64,000 nucleotides of DNA, taken from Chiloscyllium plagiosum (taxonomy: Eukaryota). The position numbers and the translations under genes were made by a program. Below are positions 12,475-25,415 of this stretch, piece by piece (within the stretch, counting starts at the first letter, position 1; each line of letters starts with the position of its first letter). Under the pieces are notes generated by a model. That model was not told the origin of the DNA. It ran no database searches and saw only the letters and a program-made list of their open reading frames with translations. The stretch spans positions 12,868,701 through 12,932,700 of the forward strand of contig NC_057754.1 in NCBI RefSeq assembly GCF_004010195.1. Direction: 5' to 3'.

Positions 12475-13700
12475 ATGAGTGTTAATCTGAAGTCCAGGCC
12501 GCTGAAGTTTATGTGTGTTTGGGAGGTGGGGGTGCTGGGCGGGAGAGTGTTGGCTCATGGAAAGCTGGGGGTGATGCGAGGGCAGGGAGAGTCAGCTGTC
12601 ACTTCGTCTCACACTCCTGGGTCTTCAGATGAGGTTGGGCAAGGCAAGGTGCCGGCTTCCTGCCCAGAACCTAGAGTCACAGGTACTGCAGAAGGCAAGG
12701 TTGCAGGAGCAGATTCACCGAGGTCACAGCTGGGGCCAGGGGGAGTGGGACAGGGTTCAGGCGCGGTTTCAGGGATCCCAGGGACAGGTGTTGCAGGGTG
12801 AAGGTTGGGCACAGAGGTAGGCATATTGGGGCTGGGTTTGGGCATGGAATCGAGGGTTTGGGGTCAGGGTTCCTGTGCAGGAGCGACGCTGGTGCTGCCG
12901 CAGAGGCATTGTCACACTAGGGTGTGGCAGTGAGAGGGTCCAAATCCGAGGAGAGACCACGTGGGTGGGTGAGGGGGAGTATGGGTGGCAGTGCCAGCCG
13001 TGACCACCGGTGTGGGTTGGGCAGCCGAATGGGTGGGGCAGTTATTCCTAACCTGACCAACCTCGCGAAACAAGTGGCCGCACAGTCTCCACACCCTCAT
13101 GGAGCACCGTGAATGAGCCCTTACTGACCTCCTCCCAGCGCAGGCAGGTGAACACCTCGCACTGGAAGGAGTGCATGTGTCTGAGGGCAGGGTCCTTCAG
13201 ACAGAGCTCGAGTGGCTGCACACCCAACCGCATTTCCACCAGATTTTGGAGATGGGGAGGAGGAGTTCACTGCCAATAAAGGGCAGGACATTAGAGATCG
13301 CAATATCTCTGAGCTGTGACCTCCAACACATCGATGGGGAGGGATGTCCCGCCCACAGTGAGCCCCTTTAGCATGGCCAGGTGGAGCGCCTGCTCAGTCT
13401 TGAGGAAAAACTTGGCGTTCCCATGCATGTGGGCTGAAGCAATGATGGCCTGTGAGTCGACCACACTAGCCTTACTGCAGGCCTCCATGGTCATACTTGG
13501 GTAGGGATAGGCCTTTACCCACAGGTGTTTAGTTAGGTGTCTGAATGGGTTGGAGTCATATTCGGGGCTTGAGCAGTCGAGCTGAAGGCAGCAGTTCCCC
13601 CGGCATACGTACAGCTTGGATCTGGCATTTTGAGCCTCGCCACTGTGTGCTGCTGGACAGTTTGAGGTGGATCTGCTCTTTGTGAGGGTCAAGCAATGGT
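12475..13700 (-). mobile_element. Tx1-like LINE ORF1 region (degenerate)
   Basis: ORF 13291-13743 (KHLWVKAYP...AIIASAHMHGNAKFFLKTEQAL...GLTVGGTSLPIDVLE) and a zinc-knuckle remnant near 13030-13090. Confidence 0.75.
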
Positions 13701-14490
13701 AGCCAACCCTAGACTGAATGCCCTGGGCAACAGCGGTGACCAACCCTAGTCTGGATAGCCCGGGAAAGAATGGTGACCAACCCTAGGCTGGATGGCCCAG
13801 GAAACAGAGGTGACCAACCCTAGACTGGATGGCTCAGGCAACAGCGGTGACCAACCCTCGACTGGATGGCCCAGGAAACAGCAGTGACCAACCCGAGACT
13901 TGATGACCCAGGAAACAGCAGTGATCAACATGAGACTGTAAGGCCCAGGAAACAGCAGTGACCAACCCTAGACTGGATGGTCCAGGAAACAGCGGTGACC
14001 AGCACAGCCCTAGTATAAATACCTCCCCATTTCTCCTTTTTTTAGCTTTGACAAAGGGTCAGTTAGACTCGAAACGTCAGTTCTTTTCTCTCCTTACAGA
14101 TGCTGCAAGGTTTACTGAGATTTCCCAGCTTTTTGTCTTTTTTAGGAACAGCAGTGACGAACCCGAGACTGGATGGCCCAGGAGACAGTGGTGACAAACC
14201 CGAGACTGGATGACCCAGGAAACAGCAGTGACCAACCCAAGACTGGATGGCACAGGAAACAGTAGTGACCAACCCGAGACTGGATGGCCCAGGAAACAGC
14301 TGTGATCAACCTGAGACTGGATGGCCCAGGAAATAGTAGTGACCAACCCGAGACTGGATGGCCCAGGAAAGAGCGGTGACCAACCTGAGACTGGATGGCC
14401 CAGGAAACAGCTGTGCTCAACCTGAGACTGGATGGACCAGGAAACAGCAGCGACCAACCCTAGAATGAATGGCCTGGGGAAACAGCCGTA
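13700..14490. repeat. 37-bp tandem repeat (about 17 copies) interrupted by a Penelope-derived insert at about 14005-14140
   Basis: Unit TGGATGGCCCAGGAAACAGC(A/T)GTGACCAACCCGAGAC. Confidence 0.92.
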
Positions 14491-14559
14491 GTGTTTATTT
14501 ATTCCCCAGCACCCGCGTTGTGTGTGTGTGTCGGTGTAGGACACAGTGAAAAACAACGA

Positions 14560-16200
14560 GCGCAGAAATCTTTATTTATTTCTCCACCAGAAAGAAAGGA
14601 ACCACCCGAGTGGCCAGAGACAAGCAGTGCCCTTCTCATCAAAGGACAATGCTGCGTGATCAAGAATGTGAAAGAGTAGGGCAGGGGTTAAATCAAACTG
14701 TAGCTGGAGGGGGAAATAAAACACTCTGCCTCCGTGGTGCCCACCTCTCCCTGAATAGCTCGAGGGTGTTGGTGGATACCATGTGCTCCTTCTCCAGGGA
14801 CACGTGGGTTCTAGCATAACTGCAGAAGAGGAGCAGGCCATCAGCCCTAATGACCTCCATGGCCCGCTGCCTGGACGTGTGTATGACCAATTTGGCCAGG
14901 CCCAGGAGCAGACTCACGAGGAGGTCATCTGATCAAACCTCCCCCTTCAACACTGGGTGATCAAAGGTTAGGAGCATGGGGCTGAAGTGCAACTAAAAAC
15001 TGAAAATGTGTTTAAAGAAAGCAAAAATGGAGAGCAAATGCCCACACCAAAAATATACCTCGTCCACGGACGCAACAGTTGCACAGAACAAGCAGTTGGT
15101 CCGGGAGTCCGTGAACCACCGCAATCTGCCATTGCAGAGGACTGTTGTATGCGATACCCTCCACCCTAGATCCTCGACAAAATCCATTTTTCCGACTACG
15201 ATTCCTCAGCCGGGCTGAGGTAGACCCCCAGGTAGAGCAGATGGATGGTACACCGGCTGAACCCCTGTAACTCCTCCAGTAGAGAGTCCACCCGCCACGG
15301 GCCACCCAGTAGTCCTAAACATTGACCCAGATGATCCTGGTGGGAGATGCTGCCAAGTACACTACCTGGCATTCACGCATCCTCTCCATTCAGCCGGGTT
15401 GGTGAAACTGAAGAGCACGTTGTCGGCATAGGCTGAGAGGACCACTCCCATGCCCGCGCTGCGCAGAGCCAACCCTGATAACCTCCTCCACAAGAGGAAC
15501 AGGAAAGGCTCTACACACAGAGAATACAATTGGCCGGGCAGGAGGCAGCCTTGACGTAAACTTCTCCCAAAGCGAAGGGTAGCCGTCAGGGACCCATTAA
15601 CTCTACGGCAGTGTACAAAAGTTGGATCTGGGTGACGAATGCCCGCAGTGTCCCGAGCAGATACTCGTCATCGAATGCCTTCTCCTGGTCGAGAGACAGT
15701 AAGGTGCTCGGCAGACCAGCCCGTCGACAGAAATGGATCAGGTCCCAGACCAGATGGACGTTGTCATGTATCCTCTGGCTCAGGACTGTGTAGGACTCAT
15801 CCGGGTGAATCATGTGGGCCAGCACGGAAGCCAGGTGAGAAGAAAACACCCTAGCGAAGATTTTGTAGTCCGTGCCAAAGCGAGAGACCAGACACCAGTT
15901 CTTTAAAGAACAATGACCGCCCTGCACCAAGAAAGGGGCAGCTCTCCAGCCGTTAGACACTCCCACAGGGCCTGTGCATAATCGCTCCCCAGGACTTCCC
16001 AGATTGCCCTGAAGAACCCCAGTCTGCCCGTCCAGTCCCGGGGTCTTGCCCCTCAAGAGACGGTCAAGGGTGCCGGTCAGCTCCTCTAAGGTGACCGGAG
16101 CATCGAGCCTTCCAGCATCCTCTGTTCTGAGCTGCGGCAGGTCGTCCCATAGAACTCTGCGAGCATCCTCGCTGGACGATTCCGGAGAGAACAGAGCCAT
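14560..16200 (-). mobile_element. Tx1-like LINE ORF2 (RT plus C-terminus), internally deleted
   Basis: ORF 15586-16200 contains GKTPGLDG, TDYKIFA and LSLDQEKAFD. Downstream RQGC and LSAYAD motifs. AATAAA-rich 3' end near 14575. Confidence 0.88.
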
Positions 16201-17269
16201 GTAAAAAAATAAATCACCCTAGTCTCCTCTTGACACGGTTCACTTTGAGGTGTCTGGATACAATTGCAGTGGAAACACTATTTAATGTGCTGTTGTGTCA
16301 CCATAATCTTACCAGATCATATTGGTTGCTCTCTCATTAGAGGGAAGCGACTGATGGTGATTTAACCTAAGGCCCATCAGACCTCAAGCGCAGGAGGAGA
16401 GGTTGAGAAGGAGAGTCCTTCATGGTAAACTGACACCAGTGAAGGGAATTGAACCCATACTATTAGTATTTCACTGCTCGGCAGACTGACAATTCAGCCA
16501 AATGAGATAAACCAATTCCCTCTTCTTGTGTATAATGTCAGGAATACTGCTCAATGTCAAATCATTTCCACATTCCAGAGAGAGAGAGAGCACATTTTTC
16601 CACGTGAGCATGTTCCACCTCAGTCCAACTGTAACCCTTTCCACACCAGACTTGTGTGCGTTTGTGTGTAGATGGTGCTGTCAGTTTTGGATGGTGCTGT
16701 GAGCTGCTGCTCTCTTTCACCCTCCATCACCCCCATGCAATACCGTGGGAAGGCCAGCAGAGGGTGACATTGTATCACTTTCACCACAAGGGAGCTCCAT
16801 TGCACTATTTTGACTCTGCTCCCCATGACAGGAAATTTCTGATTAGACTGCATTAGAGTAGCAGCCCATTGAAATGGAGCAGCTTGATGCTGAAAAACAG
16901 GAAGACCAGACGTTTGTTACCATTTGTTTGGTGGATGGGTTCTGATAACGTCATAGAATCACCTGCCATAATTTCTAACATCAACACAACTTATAGGTGT
17001 CAGTATGGAGTTTGTTGCGATGTCACTATGCAGTGATACCACGTATTTAATAGTGTAACATTCTCTCATTAACTATTCTGTTTAATTTCATCAGCACCCT
17101 CTGACGGATTTGATTGTGATGAAGACTTATAGAGGGTTGCAAGCTGATAAGAATTACCAAGTTGGAAATTCCATTTCCCCGAACAATTCCTTTGGATTCT
17201 GCTGTGATGGGAAATCTGCAGGTTCCCAGCTCAACTCGCTCCCTGCACTGGGATAAGGACTCTCTGTCA

Positions 17270-17770
17270 GGAGTGTGGGGGAATACTTCCCACATCCCTG
17301 GATATGTGCAGCTCGAACACTCAAGGAGCTTGACACCATCCAGGACAAAGCAGCCAGTTGATTGGCATCACATCCACAAGCAATCACACCGTCCACCACC
17401 AGCATGCAGTAATACCAGTGCGCACTGTCTACAAGTTGCACTAAAGAAATTCACCAAATATCCTCAACAGCACCTTCCTAAGTCCATGAACATTTCCATC
17501 TAGAAGGACAAGGGCAGCAGATACCTGGGAACACCACCCCCTGCAAGTTACACTCCAAGCCACTCACTATTCTGACTTGTAAATATATTGCTGTTCGTTC
17601 ACTGTTGCTGGGTCAAGCATCTGGAATGCATTTCTTTACAACATTGAGGGTTTACTTACAGCACATGGACTAACAACCGTTCTAGAAGGCAGCTTACCAA
17701 CAAATTTGCAAAGGGGCAACAGGGGATGGGTCATAAACACTGACCCAGTCCGTGATGCCCATGTCCCATG
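17270..17770 (+). mobile_element. Old LINE 3' fragment (CR1/L2 group)
   Basis: Decayed ORF2 end (LDTIQDKAA...SIWNAFL...FKKAA-like). Confidence 0.55.
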
Positions 17771-17861
17771 AGAGAATTTTTAAAAAAAAATCTATGGTCT
17801 GGAAATGATGGGACCCTCCTGTGGATTTCACTGAGGAGTTTTATTTATTCAAGATGCAAGA

Positions 17862-20233
17862 TCATCGTGTAACCAGGTGTTTTACTGCGTTACTGATCTT
17901 CGGTCTGAACCCAGACAATGCTGCTGCATAAATAAATGTGTTTATGCAACAACTTAGGAGCTGCAGCTTTATTGAAGTGATACAACTTTATTGGTGCAAC
18001 TTTATTAAAGTGATACAGAAAAGGTGGGAAATCATTAGGATCTATTGTTTGAATGACATAATATAAGAAATTTACAACATAGATTAACCACAGGAGGTTG
18101 AAGCTTTCAGAATGGTAAAGAGCAAAATCACAGACTTCCTTCTGCTCTCCATCTCTGGGTCTCTGTGATTCTCTCCTTTGCTCTCACCCTTCAGCCTCTT
18201 CCAGACTCGGCTGGTCACTAAACTGTGTCTGACTGTCAGAGCATTGAGCAACAGAATAAAACCGAATGGTAGTAAACGAGTCAAAACCGTATCAAGCCAA
18301 TCCACTAAAACCCACCAAGTCTCAGTAAAGTAGCTTGATTTTGTTTTACAGTAGAATGGCACATTGTTGATTAACCTCTGAGGCTCATATTGAAAATAGA
18401 AAGGGATGTTTTTCAAACAGAACAGGGTGCAGGTTGTTTCTAGAACCACAGTCGCAGTTTTCTCAATGCAATATTTTGTTTGCAGCCTCTGACAACAAAT
18501 AGTCACAAATCGGTCAAAGGAAAAAGTGACTGTGAACCAGAGCAGTCACTGGCTGTACATAACAGGACCCAGTAATACTACACACAGGAGTGAGGTCCAG
18601 GAAAGACCATGGGAAATAAGTGGGAAAATCTCCACAGTATAACCACAATGATAATGACCATCAGATCGGCAGCCGCCATCACCTCCAGGTAACGATTTGT
18701 GCAAGGTGAAATACCACACTTTCCTGAGAAAGGATTGCAGTTGCCAGCAAATTAACTGTGGGAGATAAATCGAAAAAGAAACAGTGAATTACTGTTGATA
18801 AAATACCCTGCCTCTTAAAGAGAGCAACAATAAGAATTTATCAACAAAACTTAAAGCATTGTGTGTGTGGAAGTGGCTTGGTGTTGAGTGAGTTTGAATG
18901 TTAAGGCTTTTGATACCACCTCAGATTGACCTCCAGCCCAGTTCTTCCAGAGATTATAGAGTTTAGATCGACACTGAGCTCACGGTCCCTCCTAGGAGAG
19001 CAGAGGGAAGTGTAAGTGTGTTTAATAGATTCTTGCAGTTCTCAGTTCCAACTCTGGCAGCTGCAGAACCCCATGAGAAATCTTTATACAAACTCAGTCA
19101 TAGGAGTGGTGATTGGACTGTCGATAAACCAAACTCTCCCTTTTTCCTTGGATCAGGTCATCGCCTGCACTTCGCATTGGCCCAAGTCCTGATCGGAGCC
19201 ACAACAGGAGCAGGACACAGGTCATCAGAACTATGTAAGGTTTCAAACAAGACTACTCCATGTGCCTTACACAAGTGCAACATAACAGAGCATGCAGGTC
19301 TCCCTGAGTGACAATGTGTGAGTGTTAGGACTGTTGTGATGATTACCCTGTAAATCTACACATCTATACATCACAAATGTCTCAATGTGTGGGGATCAGG
19401 AGGGCAATCTGTCAAGGTTTGAATTCCCTGACCAGAGACGGTGAGGAGAGAATTTCAAGAAGGGATGGCGGTTAGATGAAGCTTTATAAATCAAAATGGG
19501 GCACATATCCCACAATTAATTTGCTGAACAAAACAAACTCTCATTTAAACGGACCAATTGATCCAATATCCACTGCCATTTGTGAAAAAGAGTTCCACAC
19601 CTCTCCCACCCTTTGTGTGTAGAAGTGTTTCCGAACATCTCTCCTGAACACTGGCCCTAATTCTCAGACAGTGCTCCCTCATTCCAGAGTCCTCAACCAA
19701 TGGAATAAGTTTATCTTTTCCTGTTAATATGTTGTAGGATTTGGCTCAGATCATCCCCTAACCTTCAAAATTCTCGCGAAAACAGGTCTCACTTGGATAA
19801 CAAAGACAGAAAAAGCTCAGCAGGACTGACAGCATCTATAGGAGAGAAAGCAGAGTTAATACTTTGTGTCCAGTGACCTTTCTTCAGAACTAACTTGCCT
19901 GATCTCTCCTCATAGCTTCACTCCGTATGAAACCGGAACAGATGACAGAACACTGAGATCTGAGAATGCTGCAGCAGCAGTGATGTTGGGAGTGTCTCTC
20001 AGTGGGGAATTGTACCGAGAATGCTGCTCAGTGAATTGCTGTCACTATTCCCGTGTCTGGAAACGACTAACCAGCCAGTGAGCTGGAGACATTATTGTTC
20101 AAAAGATAAACCCAGAGAGCAGATCAGCAACAGATTAACACATGTTCAATTCTCATGATGCCATACCAGGAACACTAATAAAAGCAAGGATGGTGTAGAA
20201 CACTCTTTCCACGTGATCAATTGGTAGATGCAT
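17862..20233 (-). pseudogene. GPR139/GPR142-like class A GPCR pseudogene (two exons)
   Basis: Exon 1 (20233-20167) reads MHLPIDHVERVFYTILAFISVP followed by the donor gtatgg. Exon 2 starts at 18755 after cccacag and reads VNLLATAILS..KCGISPCTNRYLEVMAAADL..LDLTPVCS..WFTVTFSFDRFVTICCQ..LLPFGFILLLNALTV..DPEMESRRKSVILLF..LLSCCINTFIY. It carries about six frameshifts. Confidence 0.9.
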
Positions 20234-23200
20234 TTTTCTGTGTGAGGTGATCTGTCCGTTCAGGCAACTGACAAGCTCCTTTCTCATACATCATAAAGAA
20301 ATATCAAAAACAGAATCTGGAATCTGCCAGCAATATCACTGTCCACTCAAACACCATGAGACCCATCCCGAGATCACAAATTATTTCGTTTAATGTTGTA
20401 TCGGGACAGATTATTCCAGTTTGAAAATATGTCTAAGAGCTGTCCTTCTGCACTCCAGTGTAGGAGCTGCCCTTTTTAAATAAGAACATTTCCCTCACTG
20501 ATTGAAATGGGAATCTTCTCACACACTGAATGTGTGCGTTGCTGTTGAGGGCAGCATTTAATCCCTATTCCCTATTTCCCAGGATCTGGAGTCACATGAA
20601 GGACTGAGTGAGGAGAACACACTGCCTTTCCTGAGGGAATAAGATGGGCTTCCAACAATGGAGGCGTCACTGACCTCACTCTTACTGACACTGTCCATCC
20701 AAACGTCTATAGAAAGGCAGAGTTTTAATTGTGAACAGGGATAGAGTCACCTTGGTGTTTATGTGCATACATCATTTAATGTGACAGGATCTGCCGAAGA
20801 GGGAAATAGCAAATGTATAGGATCGTAGGTATCACAAATGACACAGTGAGGAAAAAAAAAACAAGAAATGTATGAAAAGAAAACAGAGCTGAAATCTAAC
20901 CTCAGCAAGTCTGGCAGTATCGGTGATGAGAGAACCACATCCCAGATCTCCCACACCAGGCTTTGAACCATCAATGTCTCTGCCACATCTGAATACCCCT
21001 GTGCCAATTAACTCTTGGGAGAGATATTAATCCAGAGATTCAGCTTCTGAATTGGACACCGAGCTCCTGACAGTGGGTCTGAAGAACCTTGTTTCTTGCC
21101 TGGTATGTGTTGTTTGTACCTATGTGGATTAGTAAGTTTGTCTCCTATCCATCCCATTGCGAACTCATCTACAGCCTGACCGTAGGCCCTGAACCTCAGC
21201 ACTGGAAGGGAACACAGCCTCCTGGACTCACGTTCATTGCTGCAGAAAAGGATGTCGATTCCTGTGAGTACCCTCCTACAATTCCATTACTTTTGGTGTT
21301 CTCCCACTTGACTGGTTTTCTGTTCCATCTGGTATCACTCTTACCAAAGATGAGGCTCCTGTATCCCTGCTGTCTGGCTCCCTACGCATACCACGCTCAC
21401 AATCACACTCTCCTGTCACTGAACACTGACCAAATCAGACAGTCTAACTCTAAAAGGTGTGACAGCCTCCTGCTGCAAATAATCCAACGAACATTCTCCT
21501 TCCCCAAGGCACTGTATTTCAGCCTAATGCTCACATACTGCAGCTGTGACACATTATTCATTGCTGCTGGCCTTAATGTGCTCCAATTAACTGCTTTCTT
21601 TTCTCGAATTAAGCTTATATTTACATGTTTTCACATCGTTTCTTGAACTTACAGCTCATCACTAGCTTAATATAAAGCTTACAATAAGTATTCCAGTGTA
21701 AGGTCCACCTAAGTGGTAAATTGCTCTCGTTTGACAAGATTCATATGCTCCACCCAAAATGGATCGATCTGAATAAGTTATGGAGGAGCCATTTTCAGCT
21801 GCTTCTTTGAGTAAATAAGGCCGAGTGTATTGTTACGCAGGGGAGATCTTGTCAAACGCTCCTTAAAAGTGGGAATTTCACATCTTTATCTGTAGTTTTC
21901 AGTTAAACCCAACCTAATAACATGTACAGACAACATTTGATTTGTCCAAAAGCTCAGATTCTCACACTTGGTTCTTCATTCTCCTTTTAGACTTTTCTGT
22001 TGCCGGTCAAACTGCATCATCTTGAAGAATGAGGATGGTGGTGACGGGATGGTGGGAATTTCACTGCAATAATCATCGAGAAACACAAGAGAACAGCGCC
22101 ACCAGAACAGCTGGTGAAATGTGAAATGGAATGAAAAAAATGTAATAAAGAAGCAGCTGTAACAATGCTCACTTTTCCTAAACATCCATTTGGTTCCGGA
22201 ATGTCTGTTCAGGAATAAGAACGATATTTTTCACTTAGTCTGGTTCTATGTGACTTCAGAGCCAGAGTAATGTGTCACTGTCTCTCAGTTGCCCTTTAGA
22301 TGATTACTGATAGATGATGAATGTTGGAATGTGTCACTCACACCCCATGAATAAATGAAGAATCTGAAATATACAATAAGGCAAGATGGAATGGGATGCA
22401 ATTCTGGATGGAGTTCGCCGGTTGAAAGCATGCTGGGCAGTGACAATTCACATCATGTGCAGAACTCCAGATCCTGAGGGGAGCTGATCCCAAAAAGTCT
22501 TTTCTGACAGCAAGAGATTGCGGAGAAACCAAGGTTGGGAGGAAAGGTGAGCACATCAGACACATAGCAGCACCAACTGAGAAGGCTGAATGGCCTCTTA
22601 CTTTTGCCCGCTCTGCTCTGTCCTCAAACACCCATACCTTGCTTATCAAAACAGACTAAAGGATAAATCCTTTGGTACTGGCAATCTGAAGCCGTTACTG
22701 ATGGAGACACTCAGCAGGTCTGCCAATATCTGTGCAGAGACAGAGAGAGAAGCAGAGTTCACCTTTCTAGTCTGCTCTCACTCTTTTTCAGAATATCTTC
22801 AGGAATGGAACTGGAAATGTGAGCAGTGTTTCTCTCACACTTCGGACACTGCCATACCAGCTTAGGATTTCTCCAGCATTCTCCATGCTCGACCTTCCCC
22901 AATGAAAGATATCCTCAGATCCCACCAACACCCAGGGTTCCCCATCTCCATCGGCAGTGATGGGCTCAGCCATTATCAGGGACACAAGTAGCTTAATCAC
23001 TGCTTTCACCATCCTCTGCTGATCACTGTTCAGCCACAGTGTGTGGCGCTGGACCACTGGGACATGTTATATGAACAAACAGACGGTTCAGCAATCAATC
23101 ATCACACAGCTATGGAGGACACAGCCTCCACTTTCAACGTGCTAAAGGGTCAGACCATTGACTGTGCCCATTGTGAATGGGAGAGGGAGGATTGTGCAGG

Positions 23201-24399
23201 CTTGTTACAGTCGCCCATCGAACTGTTTGTTGATGTTGCGGCACAAATCAGTGACTGTAATTGGCTGAGGCGGGAATAGAACCTCTGAATTCCAGCCTGG
23301 AATTTCTGTCCCACTGCTCTACAGAATCCCATGGAACAGAAGAGACTCTCTGAGGGGACAGATAGCAGTCTTAGCTGGGCCTGGGAAGGCTGTGACATTG
23401 AGTCCAGCCTCTGCCTCATTAGTTCAGCTCAGACACAGCCTGCCAAGGCTGGGTTTGAAACCCCATCCTGAAAATGCTACCTGGGACTCTGGAATAACAG
23501 GCCGACAATAATACCACTCCACTGTCACCACCCCAGTAATCACATGCAATTCTAATCCCATTTCCAGCACTTGTCCCACAGTCTTGCATGCTTTAGTGTT
23601 ATAAGGGCACATTGAGAATTCCGGATAATACAGCATAACACCAAGCCATACAGCCCACCATGTCTATGCTGACCATGATGCGATTCTACTCTCATCCCAT
23701 TTGCCTGCTCATTGTCTGCATCCATCAACTCACTGCCTGTTCATGTGTCTTGATGAAGAGGTTTTTTGTTAATCAGGAAATAAATCGAGGATAATGGGGA
23801 AAAGGCAGGGAAGTGGGTTTGATGACGATCAGATCAGCAATGATCTAATTGGCTGGTGGAGCAGTCTCGATGGGCACTCCGCCGATGGTCAGAATATCAT
23901 CTTTGAGGTAGGGAGACCAAAACTAGACACAATAATGCAGGGGTGATCTCACCAAGTTCCTGTATAACATCAGTGAGTCATCCCGACTTCTGAACTCCAA
24001 TCCTCTTGCAATGAAGGCCAACATGCCATCTACCTTTATCATTGCTTGTTGTGAGTCAGACAGGGTTCACAGTGTGGGCAAGATTCCAAACAGCTTAAGA
24101 AAGAGAGTCAGACAGGATGGGGACTGGTTCCACTTCAGAAGGAAATTTTGAAGAAAACAACAGCAGCTGATAAGAAATGTTTGACCATTGACAGCTGGTG
24201 GTGGTTTAACCAGAGCAGTCCCCCCCCCCCCCCACCTCAGGCAAGGGGAGACACTGAGAAGTTGGGACCTGCAGGGGCTTAATGAGTTGGAGCAAGGTAG
24301 TGAACATCCTGTTTCCAAGATTCCAAACGACATCACAATGGCTGGAAAGGCAGGTTTAAGAGGGATACAAGCAGTTTGTGGAGAGATATTCACAGTTTA

Positions 24400-25190
24400 A
24401 TCAGTTTCAAAATGGAGTATAATGTTGTTAGTAAATAAGTTGTTCATCTTGGAATGAGAGAACAGAGCAACAGCGGACTCTTTAAATGGAGAAAGCTGCA
24501 ACACAAAGGGACTTAGTGGAACTTGTGCACATTACACAGAAAAGTCACACAGAGGGGCAACAGAAAATCCGGAAGGCGATTGGAATGTAGGCCCTTACTT
24601 CAAGGAGGTTGAAGTATTAGAGTATGGAAGTCTTACTGCGCCTGTACAAGGTGCTGGTGAGATCACATATGGGGAACTATGAGAAGTTTTAGTCACCATG
24701 TTTAAAGAAATACATAATTTCATTACAAGCAGTTCAGAGAATTAACACTCAGAAGATTCTTGGGGTGGAGAAATTGCCTTCTAAGCAAAGGCGAAAGCAG
24801 GTTGGACTCTATTTACTGGAGTTTAGGAGAATGAGAAGTCAGCTCCCATGAAATATACAGGATTCTTGAAGGGATTGACAGGATAAATGCTCAGAGGATG
24901 CTTCCCCCTTATTAGGGAGACAAGGAACAGACCCTCAGAATAAAGGAACTCCAATTTCAGACTGAGTGGAGGAAGAAGTTCTTCTCTCAGAGGATTGTAA
25001 AGATTCGTAGCTCCTTATGACAGAGAGCGATGAGAGCCAGAATCCCTCCACAATTTCAGGCTGACAGAGAAAGTGATTCTTGATCAGACGGGGGAACCGA
25101 GGGTTATGGAGACAAAGGCAGGAAAGGAATATTGGAACACATATGATTCTGTTGAACAACAGAGCAAGTTTAAGGGGTCAGATATCCTTC
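24400..25190 (+). mobile_element. Old CR1 LINE 3' fragment
   Basis: Degenerate ORF2 C-terminus (LYKVLVRSH...AVQRELT...IDRINAQRM). Confidence 0.65.
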
Positions 25191-25415
25191 TCCTCATCAT
25201 CTCTCTTTTGATCTTTATCTCAGCTGGAACAGGAATTTAACTTTCATCGTGGGCATCACACTACGCTGCAATCGAGCCACCAAGCCAACTGAGCTACCCA
25301 AGCCAATATCAATGCAACAGCAATGATATGAAGATGGAAACTTGAAAGATTGTTTTCAGATAGTGATAAATGGGAACACAGCAAGATACAGACAATAATT
25401 GAGAAACAGAAAGGA

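Noticed and set aside
14540..14560. CACAGTG heptamers (also at 43293 on the minus strand) as V(D)J recombination signals
   Set aside because: No nonamer at 12 or 23 spacing and no Ig or TCR segments nearby.
21089..21646. 185-aa plus-strand ORF
   Set aside because: Non-ATG start and no motif. It looks like the antisense of a decayed LINE ORF1.
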